The translations under genes and the position numbers were made by a program. The notes below the pieces were generated by a model that worked only from the letters and a program-made list of their open reading frames with translations, searched no databases and had not been told where the DNA came from. This document shows positions 6,624-15,672 of a stretch of DNA of 64,000 bases, one piece after another (the stretch's first letter is position 1; each line of letters begins with the position of its first letter). The DNA comes from a virus, in IMG/VR virus record IMGVR_UViG_3300029309_000013, positions 15,314 to 79,313 of that record; one strand, 5' to 3'.

Positions 6624-8626
6624 TGAAAAAACAAGATATAGCAAAACTATTGGTTAACCACCCAGCAATCAAGTTACTTAGAGAATCTGATGAAGATGGT
6701 CATTTACTTGGTATCATGGCGGAAGAAATTAAAGATCTAGAAGAGGCAATTTCAACAATTACCAGAAATAAGGGTGCTCAAGTAAAAAAAGAACTGGACG
6801 GCGCTATTGAGAAAAATGAAGTTGATAAATGGCTTGATAAGTATTTCCCAGGGGGTGAGTTTTCTTTTGCCGGGCTTGGTACCGGAAGGGGTACTGATAA
6901 GCAATCGATAGAACGGTACTTAGCCAACAAGCCAGAAGAGCTAGAATATTTGAAAAAAAGAATCATTGGCTATGTTAAGCAAGCTCTGGAAACTAAAGGT
7001 GTAGGGTTCGAAGGAGAAAAGGAAGAGTACTTTGGAAGTGAGTGGTTAGCAACACCTGCACAACTTCCCCCTACAAAGGATTCATCTTCAACCAACATAA
7101 CCCCAGAAATTAGGCAACAATTTGAAAACAGATTGAAAGATATCGTTGAAGCTCCAGCAGTTGAGCCTTTTTTATCTTTTTTCACTCTTTTGGTCAGACA
7201 ACAGGTAAGAGAGGAAGTAACACTACCGCAAGCGTTACAAGGAGCCAATCTTCTTGGGGGAGAAAACACTTCAAAGGTCAGAGAAGCATTGCTTCAAATG
7301 GAAAAATCCGACAGAATTACCATCCTTCAGGCATTTAAACAACTAGATTCTACAAAGCAAACATATTTGGTTGATATGATAAAAGATGTATTACCAGAAG
7401 TACCAGCTAAAGTTGAACCAGAGATTGTAGATGATGAGGAAGAAGAGACTGCACAACAAGATCCAGAAACTGAAGAAGGGACTGTACAACAAGAACCAGA
7501 AACTGAAGAAGGGACTGTACAACAAGAACCGGAAACTGAAGAAGTTGTTATATCCAAAGAAGATCTTGATCATCATAAGGAAAAGTTTATTAAATTTTTC
7601 TCTTCTGAGAGACGTGTTGGATTTATGCAACAAATGTTTCTAGATGAACAGTCCAAACTTCTGGTTTCTCTATTGAGTGCCTTAAGGGGTCTGCTTGGCG
7701 ATAGCTCTAGGGCTAAAGCAATTGGTGTCTCTGAATTGGATGAATCTCAACATGACTCTTTGGATGTCCCAATGGGAGAAAGACGAGCCATTGTTAAGGA
7801 TATGAAAAACATTAAAATCACAATGGAAGATCTGGTGTTTATTCTTAAGCGCTACAGGGAGCAAATGAATAAAGTGTCTGCCTACGAAAAATTTGATGGT
7901 ACTAAACTCAAAAAAAGAGTAAAGAATGATCTAGAAGATACACAGATAGCAATTGCAAAGCTTTATAGAAATATAGTCAAAGTTATACTCTCCGGAGAGG
8001 ATATCATTAAAGAGCAAGATGAGGGTCCGTCTGCTGAAGAAAAAGCAAAAAACGTTAGAAGAGTGTATGGTGAGCTTCTAACAACTTATAATGATTCTCT
8101 AGAGCCAATTATTAGAGGTGAGGTTGACTTTGATGGAGCAACAGTAAAAAACACAGCGCAGAGCATGCTAGATTTAATTCTAAGTTCAGGCATTGTTGAT
8201 TATTTTCCAAGTGAAAACATAAGATTCTCACCAAAAGTTGATGCTAGAACAACTTTAAAAGACGCAATGAATCATCTGGCTGATAGTCTAAAAGAATTAG
8301 CCACTTTTATTTCTCGTGTATTTGCAAGAGTCAACACAAATGATATAACAGAAGCACAAGCCAGAACATTTCTTAAAAAATTAAGAGACATCTCGATTGT
8401 ATTAGAGAGAGATTTTGGGGCTGAGTCTGTTATTAATGCATTACCAGAGATCGAAGAGGAAAACCCAGAGAACTCATTGGGCACCCCCCCTCAAAATAGA
8501 GATGATAGAACCATGATGGACAGGATTGATGATTTTGTTTTAAACCCACTTCTGTCCCAACCAGCCAACATATACGAGAAAATAATTCCAATTGTGGAAA
8601 AAATTATAAAGGACCAACATGGCTAA
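6623..8626 (+). CDS. large acidic helical protein, putative internal head protein
   Basis: 667 aa; repeated LRE/LEE/VREE/LDE/IKE junctions; internal 11-aa tandem repeat. Confidence 0.6.
   Translation: MKKQDIAKLLVNHPAIKLLRESDEDGHLLGIMAEEIKDLEEAISTITRNKGAQVKKELDGAIEKNEVDKWLDKYFPGGEFSFAGLGTGRGTDKQSIERYLANKPEELEYLKKRIIGYVKQALETKGVGFEGEKEEYFGSEWLATPAQLPPTKDSSSTNITPEIRQQFENRLKDIVEAPAVEPFLSFFTLLVRQQVREEVTLPQALQGANLLGGENTSKVREALLQMEKSDRITILQAFKQLDSTKQTYLVDMIKDVLPEVPAKVEPEIVDDEEEETAQQDPETEEGTVQQEPETEEGTVQQEPETEEVVISKEDLDHHKEKFIKFFSSERRVGFMQQMFLDEQSKLLVSLLSALRGLLGDSSRAKAIGVSELDESQHDSLDVPMGERRAIVKDMKNIKITMEDLVFILKRYREQMNKVSAYEKFDGTKLKKRVKNDLEDTQIAIAKLYRNIVKVILSGEDIIKEQDEGPSAEEKAKNVRRVYGELLTTYNDSLEPIIRGEVDFDGATVKNTAQSMLDLILSSGIVDYFPSENIRFSPKVDARTTLKDAMNHLADSLKELATFISRVFARVNTNDITEAQARTFLKKLRDISIVLERDFGAESVINALPEIEEENPENSLGTPPQNRDDRTMMDRIDDFVLNPLLSQPANIYEKIIPIVEKIIKDQHG
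7439..7544 (+). repeat. 33-bp in-frame tandem repeat x3.2 (EEGTVQQEPET)
   Basis: gaagaagagactgcacaacaagatccagaaact / gaagaagggactgtacaacaagaaccagaaact / gaagaagggactgtacaacaagaaccggaaact / gaagaag. Confidence 0.9.
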
Positions 8627-9962
8627 GAAGAACATCGTCATTGATACATCTGTCTTTTTGACCGATTCTCAGTGTATTTATAAATTTGAAAATAATGATA
8701 TTTTTGTACCACTTAAAGTTTTAGAAGAAATTGATAAGCATAAAAAACGACAGGACTCTGCTGGTTTTCATGCTAGAAATGCTATTAAAACATTTGACCT
8801 CTTACGTCTACGAGGATCGCTTGTAAAGGGCGTTAGACTTGAGAAGGGCAAAGGTATGGTTAAAGTGATTAGGGCGTCTGAAATCGCACTAGAGAAGCTC
8901 CCACGGGATCTTACACACAACATTGCTGATCATCTTATTCTTGCAACAGCTTTAACAGTCCAGGAGCAACATGAAAAAAGAAAAACAATTGTTGTCTCTA
9001 ATGATGTAAATATGCGAGTAATAGCAGATTCTATTGGTTTATTAACTGATGATTACTCCATTGACCAAGTTGTTGACGATGCAAATAAGATATATGATGG
9101 TTTCTGTTCCGTTTTGGTTGATGATGAATTAATAGATCAGTTTTATCAGGGAGAGGATATTATGTTAGACCCTGAACTGTTAAGCGATCAAAAAATAAAT
9201 ATATACCCAAATCAATATGTAATGTTGGTATCCTCTTCGTGCGAAAAAAAGACTGCACTTGCGAGATATTTGAATAACATACAGCCCCTACTACCAATAT
9301 ATGATAGGAAGAATGAGCTTAGTTTTAGGGTGCTTCCTAGAAACAAGGAGCAATCATTTGCCTTTGATTTACTATTCGACCCAGAAGTACCTCTTGTGTC
9401 TCTCATAGGTCGTGCTGGTTCCGGAAAGACCCTAATGGCCATTGCAGCTGGGATGGAGCAGGTATTGGGTCATGGTGAAAGAGTTTATGACCGCCTGATA
9501 GTATCAAGACCAGTTCAGCCTATGGGTAAAGATATTGGATTCTTGCCTGGTACGATGGAAGAGAAGATGTTACCATGGTTGAAGCCGATTGAAGATAACA
9601 TAAGATACACAATAGGTGATCACGGTGTAAAACTAGAAGAGTATATGGAAATAGGAAAGCTGGAGATCGAGGCGCTAACATATATTCGAGGTCGATCAAT
9701 CTCCAACGCTTTTGTTGTAATTGACGAAGCTCAGAATTTAACTGCACACGAGGTCAAAACAATTATTACCCGCATTGGTGAGAATACAAAAATTATCTTA
9801 ACTGGGGATATAGAACAGATAGATAACGTTTATACTAACGAGACAAGTAATGGTCTCGCTTATGCAATAGAAAAATTTAAACATTCAGACTTATCTGGTC
9901 ATGTTACGTTTCGCAAGGGTGAACGTAGTAAATTGGCTACTGCTGCTGCAAAAATACTCTAA
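8619..9962 (+). CDS. phoH: PIN-domain PhoH-family ATPase (PhoH2/YlaK type)
   Basis: N-terminal PIN (VIDTSV, EEIDK, DHLIL, SNDVNMR); Walker A GRAGSGKT; IGFLPG, YIRGRS, IDEAQN, GDIEQID. Confidence 0.92.
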   Translation: MAKKNIVIDTSVFLTDSQCIYKFENNDIFVPLKVLEEIDKHKKRQDSAGFHARNAIKTFDLLRLRGSLVKGVRLEKGKGMVKVIRASEIALEKLPRDLTHNIADHLILATALTVQEQHEKRKTIVVSNDVNMRVIADSIGLLTDDYSIDQVVDDANKIYDGFCSVLVDDELIDQFYQGEDIMLDPELLSDQKINIYPNQYVMLVSSSCEKKTALARYLNNIQPLLPIYDRKNELSFRVLPRNKEQSFAFDLLFDPEVPLVSLIGRAGSGKTLMAIAAGMEQVLGHGERVYDRLIVSRPVQPMGKDIGFLPGTMEEKMLPWLKPIEDNIRYTIGDHGVKLEEYMEIGKLEIEALTYIRGRSISNAFVVIDEAQNLTAHEVKTIITRIGENTKIILTGDIEQIDNVYTNETSNGLAYAIEKFKHSDLSGHVTFRKGERSKLATAAAKIL

Positions 9963-9966
9963 TCGC

Positions 9967-9995
9967 TTGACGGTCTACTAATTTTATGTTAAGAT
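9967..9995 (+). promoter_or_regulatory. sigma70-type promoter
   Basis: TTGACG-17 nt (ending TGT)-TAAGAT. Confidence 0.65.
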
Positions 9996-10018
9996 AATAG
10001 TAATTACGGAGAAATAAA

Positions 10019-10687
10019 ATGTGGATTACTGAGTCTGCTAAAAAAGGTAGGAGAATGAAAGACATGTATTCTATCAGTGGCGTTGATGTTTTTATAAAAG
10101 ATAAATTACCTGAGCATATTGATGCGGAGTTTGTTTTCAAATACATCTCATCTCGCGTACCAGCGAAGATGATTGACGGCGTTGATATTATCTACATTGG
10201 AAAGTTTCCGTATATGGACGAGAAAGGGTTCAATGCCTACTATGAAGATGGCGCAATTTATGTTACGAACGAACAGGACGATGATCGTGATATGATTGAA
10301 GACATTGTTCATGAGATTGCTCACGCATGTGAAGAAATGTATCATGAGCGAATTTATGGTGATGGTAGAATTTTTTCTGAATTCAAAAAGCGTAGACAAG
10401 TTCTGGGTCAGTTATTAAATGAACTATATGATGACGTGCCCCATGACTTTGAAACAAAAATGGAGTATGATGAAGACATAGACAAATTTCTTTATGAAAC
10501 CATCGGGTATGATATTCTAAATCAAATCTGTATCGGCATATTCATTTCAGCCTATGCAGCAACTTCTATAAACGAATATTTTGCTAGAGGTTTTGAAGAA
10601 TTTTTCTTGGGTAATGGAGATGAGGTTAAATCCATGCACCCTAAACTTTATGATGCAATACAAAGGCTCACAAATATGGAGGACTAA
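10019..10687 (+). CDS. zincin-like metallopeptidase (HEXXH)
   Basis: IVHEIAHA, plus downstream SAYAATSINEYFARGFE supplying a candidate third-ligand Glu. Confidence 0.7.
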   Translation: MWITESAKKGRRMKDMYSISGVDVFIKDKLPEHIDAEFVFKYISSRVPAKMIDGVDIIYIGKFPYMDEKGFNAYYEDGAIYVTNEQDDDRDMIEDIVHEIAHACEEMYHERIYGDGRIFSEFKKRRQVLGQLLNELYDDVPHDFETKMEYDEDIDKFLYETIGYDILNQICIGIFISAYAATSINEYFARGFEEFFLGNGDEVKSMHPKLYDAIQRLTNMED

Positions 10688-11472
10688 TGAGCAAAAAGAA
10701 ACACATCTCTTATTCAGAACTTAAAAATTGGGCAGAATGCCCATGGAAACATAATTTAGTATACATTCAGGGAATTAAAGGATTCACGGGTAATTTATAT
10801 ACAGCGTTTGGTACAGCTATCCACGCAGTCTGTGAAAATATAGCAAAAGGGTTATTAACAGAAGACACAGATCGAGAAGACTTTTTTGATGAGACATTTG
10901 ATCAAGAACTTGATAAACTTGATCTTGATGAGGAAGTTCAAGAAGTTGCCCTTAAAGAGTTTAGAAGAAACGCTAGGCTTATCATGCCTCTTGTTTTTCC
11001 CCAATTAGAAGAGCACTTTCCTGGCTATGAAGTTTACTCTACAGAAGAAATGCTATATCAACAGATAGATGAACTTGATTACGATTGGAATCTCAAAGGC
11101 TTTATTGATCTCGTGATAAAAACACCGGACGATAAGTATCACATTATTGATTGGAAAACCTGTTCATGGGGTTGGAACTTAGAGAAGAAACAAAGCACAT
11201 TGGTAACTTACCAGCTTACACTATACAAAAAGTTCTTCTGTGAAAAGCACAACATAGACCCCAAGATGGTTGAGACATACTTTGGCCTTCTAAAGAGAAC
11301 AGCTAAAAAAGATAACGTTGAAATATATCGAGTAACATCTGGCCCTCGTAAAACCAGAAGTGCAACTAAACTCTTGACTGATGGTTGTAAATCAATTAAA
11401 GCTGGTCTTAAAATTAAAAATAGAAAGAACTGTAAGTACTGTGAGTTTTATCACACAGAACATTGTCCATAA
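10687..11472 (+). CDS. PD-(D/E)XK exonuclease, Cas4/RecB-like, with Cys cluster
   Basis: ISYSEL...CPW; GTAIH; KGFIDLV...IIDWKT; QL.LY; C-terminal CKYCEF...C. Confidence 0.85.
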   Translation: MSKKKHISYSELKNWAECPWKHNLVYIQGIKGFTGNLYTAFGTAIHAVCENIAKGLLTEDTDREDFFDETFDQELDKLDLDEEVQEVALKEFRRNARLIMPLVFPQLEEHFPGYEVYSTEEMLYQQIDELDYDWNLKGFIDLVIKTPDDKYHIIDWKTCSWGWNLEKKQSTLVTYQLTLYKKFFCEKHNIDPKMVETYFGLLKRTAKKDNVEIYRVTSGPRKTRSATKLLTDGCKSIKAGLKIKNRKNCKYCEFYHTEHCP

Positions 11473-11476
11473 AAAA

Positions 11477-11495
11477 TTTAACTAATTTAGTTAAA
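11477..11495. promoter_or_regulatory. perfect 19-bp palindrome (candidate operator) upstream of the glycosylation operon promoter
   Basis: TTTAACTAA-T-TTAGTTAAA, 4 nt before the -35 box. Confidence 0.5.
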
Positions 11496-11499
11496 ATAC

Positions 11500-11528
11500 T
11501 TGACGCCTTATCTAAACCGTGTTATAAT
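11500..11528 (+). promoter_or_regulatory. strong sigma70-type promoter of the glycosylation operon
   Basis: TTGACG-17 nt-TATAAT with extended -10 TG. Confidence 0.8.
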
Positions 11529-11557
11529 GATAGCATAAATTAGATAAGGTGTTTTTT

Positions 11558-12823
11558 ATGTCGAATAAGTTAAAAGTATTAACATTAAGTGACCATCCAC
11601 TTTCCCCAAGTGGTGTTGGTACACAAACTAGGTATATTTGCGAGGCTTTATTAAAGTCTGGTAAATTTCAAATTATTTCTCTTGGTGGAGCGATAAAGCA
11701 TCATAATTATGATCAAGTCTTTGTAGAGCCATATGATAAAGACTGGAAAGTAATCCCAGTTGACGGGTATGGTAATGCTGATATGATTCGTTCCATTATT
11801 AGAAACGAGCGTCCTGATTTCGTATGGATGATGACCGACCCTCGTTTCTGGGAATGGTTGTGGGCGATTGAGAATGAGATCCGCCCCTTGTGTCCATTAG
11901 TATATTACCATGTTTGGGATAATTATCCATATCCTGAATTTAATAGGAAATACTATGAGTCAAATGACTATGTTGCGTGCATCTCTCGGCTAACTGCCGA
12001 TTGTGTTCGCTCAGTGGCCCCAACTGTTCCCTCTTCTTATTTACCACACGCAGTAAACCAAGATGTCTTCAGGCCACTAACAAAGGCCCAGAGGTTTCAA
12101 TTAAGAAAACAAAATCTTCACCCTGAAGATCAGGACAAATTTATTGTATTCTGGAACAACAGGAACGCTAGAAGAAAACAGTCCGGAACTTTGATTTGGT
12201 GGTTTAAGGAATGGTTAGATAAAAATAACTTGCATGATAAAGCTCAATTGATTATGCATACGCACCCTAATGATCAACACGGCCAGGATTTAAATAATAT
12301 TGTAAGCCATTTGGGTTTAAATAATAGACAAGTCTTGTTCTCTACGGCTAAAGTTCCTTTGGAAAACATGGCGACTTTCTATAATCTAGCTGATGTTACA
12401 GTAAACATTTCTGATGCTGAGGGTTTTGGCCTTGCGACACTGGAGTCTCTGGCTTGTGGTACTCCAATTATTGCTACCTTAACTGGCGGACTACAAGAGC
12501 AAGTTCTGCATAAAGGGAAGTATTATGGAGTTGGGTTAAAACCTGTCTCAAAGGCTATTATTGGATCACAACAGGTCCCTTATATCTATGAAGATAGGGT
12601 TTCCAAGAGTGATTTTCATAATGCTTTGACTAAGATGTATAGAATGGGTACAGACCGACGGCTAGAGCTTGGTATGAAAGGGCATGCGCACGTTACTAAT
12701 AATTATAATTTTGAAAACTTTCAAAAGAAATGGGTTGACTTGATGCTTGATATTCATGAAAAAGAAGGCTCTTGGGAAACTAGAAAGGGCTATAGTAACA
12801 TTACTTTTAAGGAGATTGTATGA
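11558..12823 (+). CDS. glycosyltransferase, GT-B fold (GT4-like)
   Basis: SDHPLSPSGVGTQ; NRNARRK; EGFGLATLESLACGTPII (EX7E motif). Start taken as ATG 11558. Confidence 0.9.
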   Translation: MSNKLKVLTLSDHPLSPSGVGTQTRYICEALLKSGKFQIISLGGAIKHHNYDQVFVEPYDKDWKVIPVDGYGNADMIRSIIRNERPDFVWMMTDPRFWEWLWAIENEIRPLCPLVYYHVWDNYPYPEFNRKYYESNDYVACISRLTADCVRSVAPTVPSSYLPHAVNQDVFRPLTKAQRFQLRKQNLHPEDQDKFIVFWNNRNARRKQSGTLIWWFKEWLDKNNLHDKAQLIMHTHPNDQHGQDLNNIVSHLGLNNRQVLFSTAKVPLENMATFYNLADVTVNISDAEGFGLATLESLACGTPIIATLTGGLQEQVLHKGKYYGVGLKPVSKAIIGSQQVPYIYEDRVSKSDFHNALTKMYRMGTDRRLELGMKGHAHVTNNYNFENFQKKWVDLMLDIHEKEGSWETRKGYSNITFKEIV

Positions 12824-14046
12824 AAAAGAATATTTTTATAAAAGGTCCATTTTTATCTCAAAGCGGATATGGTGAGCAAGCTAGGTTTGCCCTTAGAGCA
12901 TTACGATCAAGAGAGGATATTTTCAACATTTATCTTCACCCAATTAACTGGGGCCAAACTGGCTGGGTATGGGAGGATACAGAATTCAGAAGATGGATTG
13001 ATAAGAGAATTCTGCAAACTCAAATAGCGGCCCAAAATGGTACATTTAGACCAGATATCACACTACAGGTAACTATTCCCAATGAATTCACTAAAATGTC
13101 TTCCCTTGATATTGGATTTACAGCAGGAATTGAAACAACAAAAGTATCTCCGCAATGGCTTCAAAAAGGTAACCAAATGGATAAAATTCTAGTTGTATCA
13201 AATCATGCAAAAGTAACTTTTGAATCAACATCCGTTATATTACAAGACCAACTTAACAATCAGATACCTATTTCTCTAAAAACCCCAATAGAGGTAGTAT
13301 CTCAATGTACCCCAAAAGCCGCTGCTCAAGAGATTGATGAATTTGATTTACCGTATGATGATAACTTTTTAGTAATCTCACAGATGGGTCCACGTAAGAA
13401 CTTTGAAAACACACTTAAATGGTTTGTTGAGGAATTTAAAAATGAGGAAGTTGGTCTACTAGTCAAGACTGGATTTAAATCAAACTGTAGGATGGACAGA
13501 GAACATACAGAGAATTTTCTTAAGTCTTTCTTGAGAGGTTATGAAGATAGAAAATGCAAGGTGCATCTTCTTCATGGAGACCTCTCAGATGGACAGATGA
13601 ACTGGCTCTACAATCACCCTAAAATTACCGCATTAGTTAATATTGCCCACGGTGAAGGGTATGGTCTACCTTTATTTGAAGCGGCCCGAGAAGGACTTCC
13701 TGTGGCCACTATCGGTTGGTCTGGCCAGCTTGATTTTTTACATCATGATGGAAAAGATTACTTTGAAAAGGTTGAATTTACACTCGGACCAGTACAACAA
13801 GAGGCGGTCTGGGATGGTGTTGTGCAAGCTGACTCTATGTGGGCTTATGCTAATGAAGACTCTTATAAAAAGACCTTGCGGTCATTGATTATAAATAATG
13901 AAAGTGCAAGAACTAGAGCTTCTGAACTTAAGCAGATTATTGAAAATAATTTCTCTGATGAAAGACTGTACGAATTATTTGTTAGCAAGATCATTCAGGA
14001 AGATAATTTTGAGACTGTAGATGTTGGACTAATGTTTGAGGAGTAA
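12820..14046 (+). CDS. glycosyltransferase, GT-B fold (GT4-like)
   Basis: SQSGYGEQAR; PRKNF; GEGYGLPLFEAAREGLPV. Confidence 0.88.
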   Translation: MKKNIFIKGPFLSQSGYGEQARFALRALRSREDIFNIYLHPINWGQTGWVWEDTEFRRWIDKRILQTQIAAQNGTFRPDITLQVTIPNEFTKMSSLDIGFTAGIETTKVSPQWLQKGNQMDKILVVSNHAKVTFESTSVILQDQLNNQIPISLKTPIEVVSQCTPKAAAQEIDEFDLPYDDNFLVISQMGPRKNFENTLKWFVEEFKNEEVGLLVKTGFKSNCRMDREHTENFLKSFLRGYEDRKCKVHLLHGDLSDGQMNWLYNHPKITALVNIAHGEGYGLPLFEAAREGLPVATIGWSGQLDFLHHDGKDYFEKVEFTLGPVQQEAVWDGVVQADSMWAYANEDSYKKTLRSLIINNESARTRASELKQIIENNFSDERLYELFVSKIIQEDNFETVDVGLMFEE

Positions 14047-14052
14047 TAAAAG

Positions 14053-15672
14053 ATGAAAAAAGATTTAGTTAGTATTGTGATCCCAACTTACAATGATGCT
14101 CAATATCTAAGGCAAGCTGTTGATGATATTTTGAACCAAACATACGAGGATTTTGAACTTATTATAGTCAATGACGGATCAACAGATAATACAGTAGAAA
14201 TACTCGAAGAATACTCTACCATAGACTCTAGGGTCAAAGTGTTTCACAAAGAAAACGGAGGCACTGGCTCGGCTTTGAATTTAGGATTTAGCAAGGCCAC
14301 CGGTGAGTTTGGTACCTGGGTTTCTTCTGATGATAATAAAGAGACAAATTTTATTGAAGAGTTGGTTTCATTTTTGAAAAAAAACCGGGATGTTGAGTTT
14401 GTTTGCTCTGCTTTTTACAGTAATTATCTGAAATCTATTTTTAAGCCATACAAGAAAGAGAACGACAGATTTGTTTTCTGTAATGGCTTAAATCATAATT
14501 CTTTTCTATCTGGTGAATCAATAATTGTTGATGACTGGGCCGACATTAATTATGAGGCATGCTTTCAAGGTGTATGTTTTATGTTTACTATGAGATTAAA
14601 GAACGCTTGTGGTGATTACATCGAAATCCCCGGAGAAGACTATTACATGACTATGCTTATGGGTCTTAATTCAAGAATTGGATATGTTGATAAAATGCTC
14701 GGTACTCACAATAATCCTGTTGACTCTTTATCAATGATGGATCGGAACTGTGTGGCTGAAGCGAACGTAAAAACCAGGAGTCTTTATTTGAACTCTAAAA
14801 GATGGAAGATGAATAAAATACCAAAGATCGCCAGTTTTTATTGGGGATCTGATAAAATGTCTTTCATGAGGTATCTCACGATTTTTTCGTTCAAAAAACA
14901 AAACCCAGACTGGTCAATACACTTGTATGTTCCAAAAAGTGTTTCTGATAGTATTTCATGGCTAGATAAAGGAGCAGATAATCACCATAAGTGTGATCAA
15001 GTTTCCTATGAAGGTCAAGACTATTACGAAAAACTATTAAATGATGTTCCGGTAAAAGTTATTAAAGTTGATTTTTCAAATTCTTTCTTAACGAAAGAGG
15101 CCCCAGAGCCTCATAAATCAGATCTGTTAACATGGCAGGTTTTAGCTACTAGAGGCGGCTTATGGTGCGATATGGACATCATATTTCGTAAGTCAATGGT
15201 TACTATGTTTCGTAAGTATGATAGTAGTGCTGATACTGTTTTATGTTACGATAATCGCCTAAAATGTCCAGATGGAACGCCCTCAAAGCCAATTGGCTTT
15301 ATGTTATCTGCCCCCAAGAATAGATTTTTCAATAAAGCTCTTGTGGAAAGCAAAAAGAATTATGATGACCGCTCTTATCAAAGTATAGGCACAGTCACGC
15401 TTATGAGGATTGGTCGTACTATAAGAGAATGCGAGAGACTTTATAATCTTAACAAGTTTGAAAACATAGACCCAGAGGATATTTATTATTTTCATCATCA
15501 AATGATGGATGATATTTACAATAAATCACTAGAAATACCAGAAAAATTAATTGCTATTCACTGGTATGGGGGCCACCCCTTAAGTCAAAAATTCAATAAC
15601 AACATAAATCATGAAAATTATTTAGAATTCGATAATACAATTTCTAAAATTATAAAAGAGGTGATGTCTTGA
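14053..15672 (+). CDS. bifunctional glycosyltransferase: N-terminal GT2 plus C-terminal GT32/DXD domain
   Basis: VSIVIPTYN...IIVNDGSTD...NGG.GSALN.G (GT2); second domain IPKIASFYWG...KSDLL...GGLWCDMDII (GT32-like). Confidence 0.85.
   Translation: MKKDLVSIVIPTYNDAQYLRQAVDDILNQTYEDFELIIVNDGSTDNTVEILEEYSTIDSRVKVFHKENGGTGSALNLGFSKATGEFGTWVSSDDNKETNFIEELVSFLKKNRDVEFVCSAFYSNYLKSIFKPYKKENDRFVFCNGLNHNSFLSGESIIVDDWADINYEACFQGVCFMFTMRLKNACGDYIEIPGEDYYMTMLMGLNSRIGYVDKMLGTHNNPVDSLSMMDRNCVAEANVKTRSLYLNSKRWKMNKIPKIASFYWGSDKMSFMRYLTIFSFKKQNPDWSIHLYVPKSVSDSISWLDKGADNHHKCDQVSYEGQDYYEKLLNDVPVKVIKVDFSNSFLTKEAPEPHKSDLLTWQVLATRGGLWCDMDIIFRKSMVTMFRKYDSSADTVLCYDNRLKCPDGTPSKPIGFMLSAPKNRFFNKALVESKKNYDDRSYQSIGTVTLMRIGRTIRECERLYNLNKFENIDPEDIYYFHHQMMDDIYNKSLEIPEKLIAIHWYGGHPLSQKFNNNINHENYLEFDNTISKIIKEVMS

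Noticed and set aside
7439-7544. Possible CRISPR array (33-bp periodicity, with a Cas4-like gene about 3 kb away)
   Set aside because: The units are contiguous with no unique spacers and are in frame within a CDS. No repeat-spacer array or cas1/cas2 was seen.
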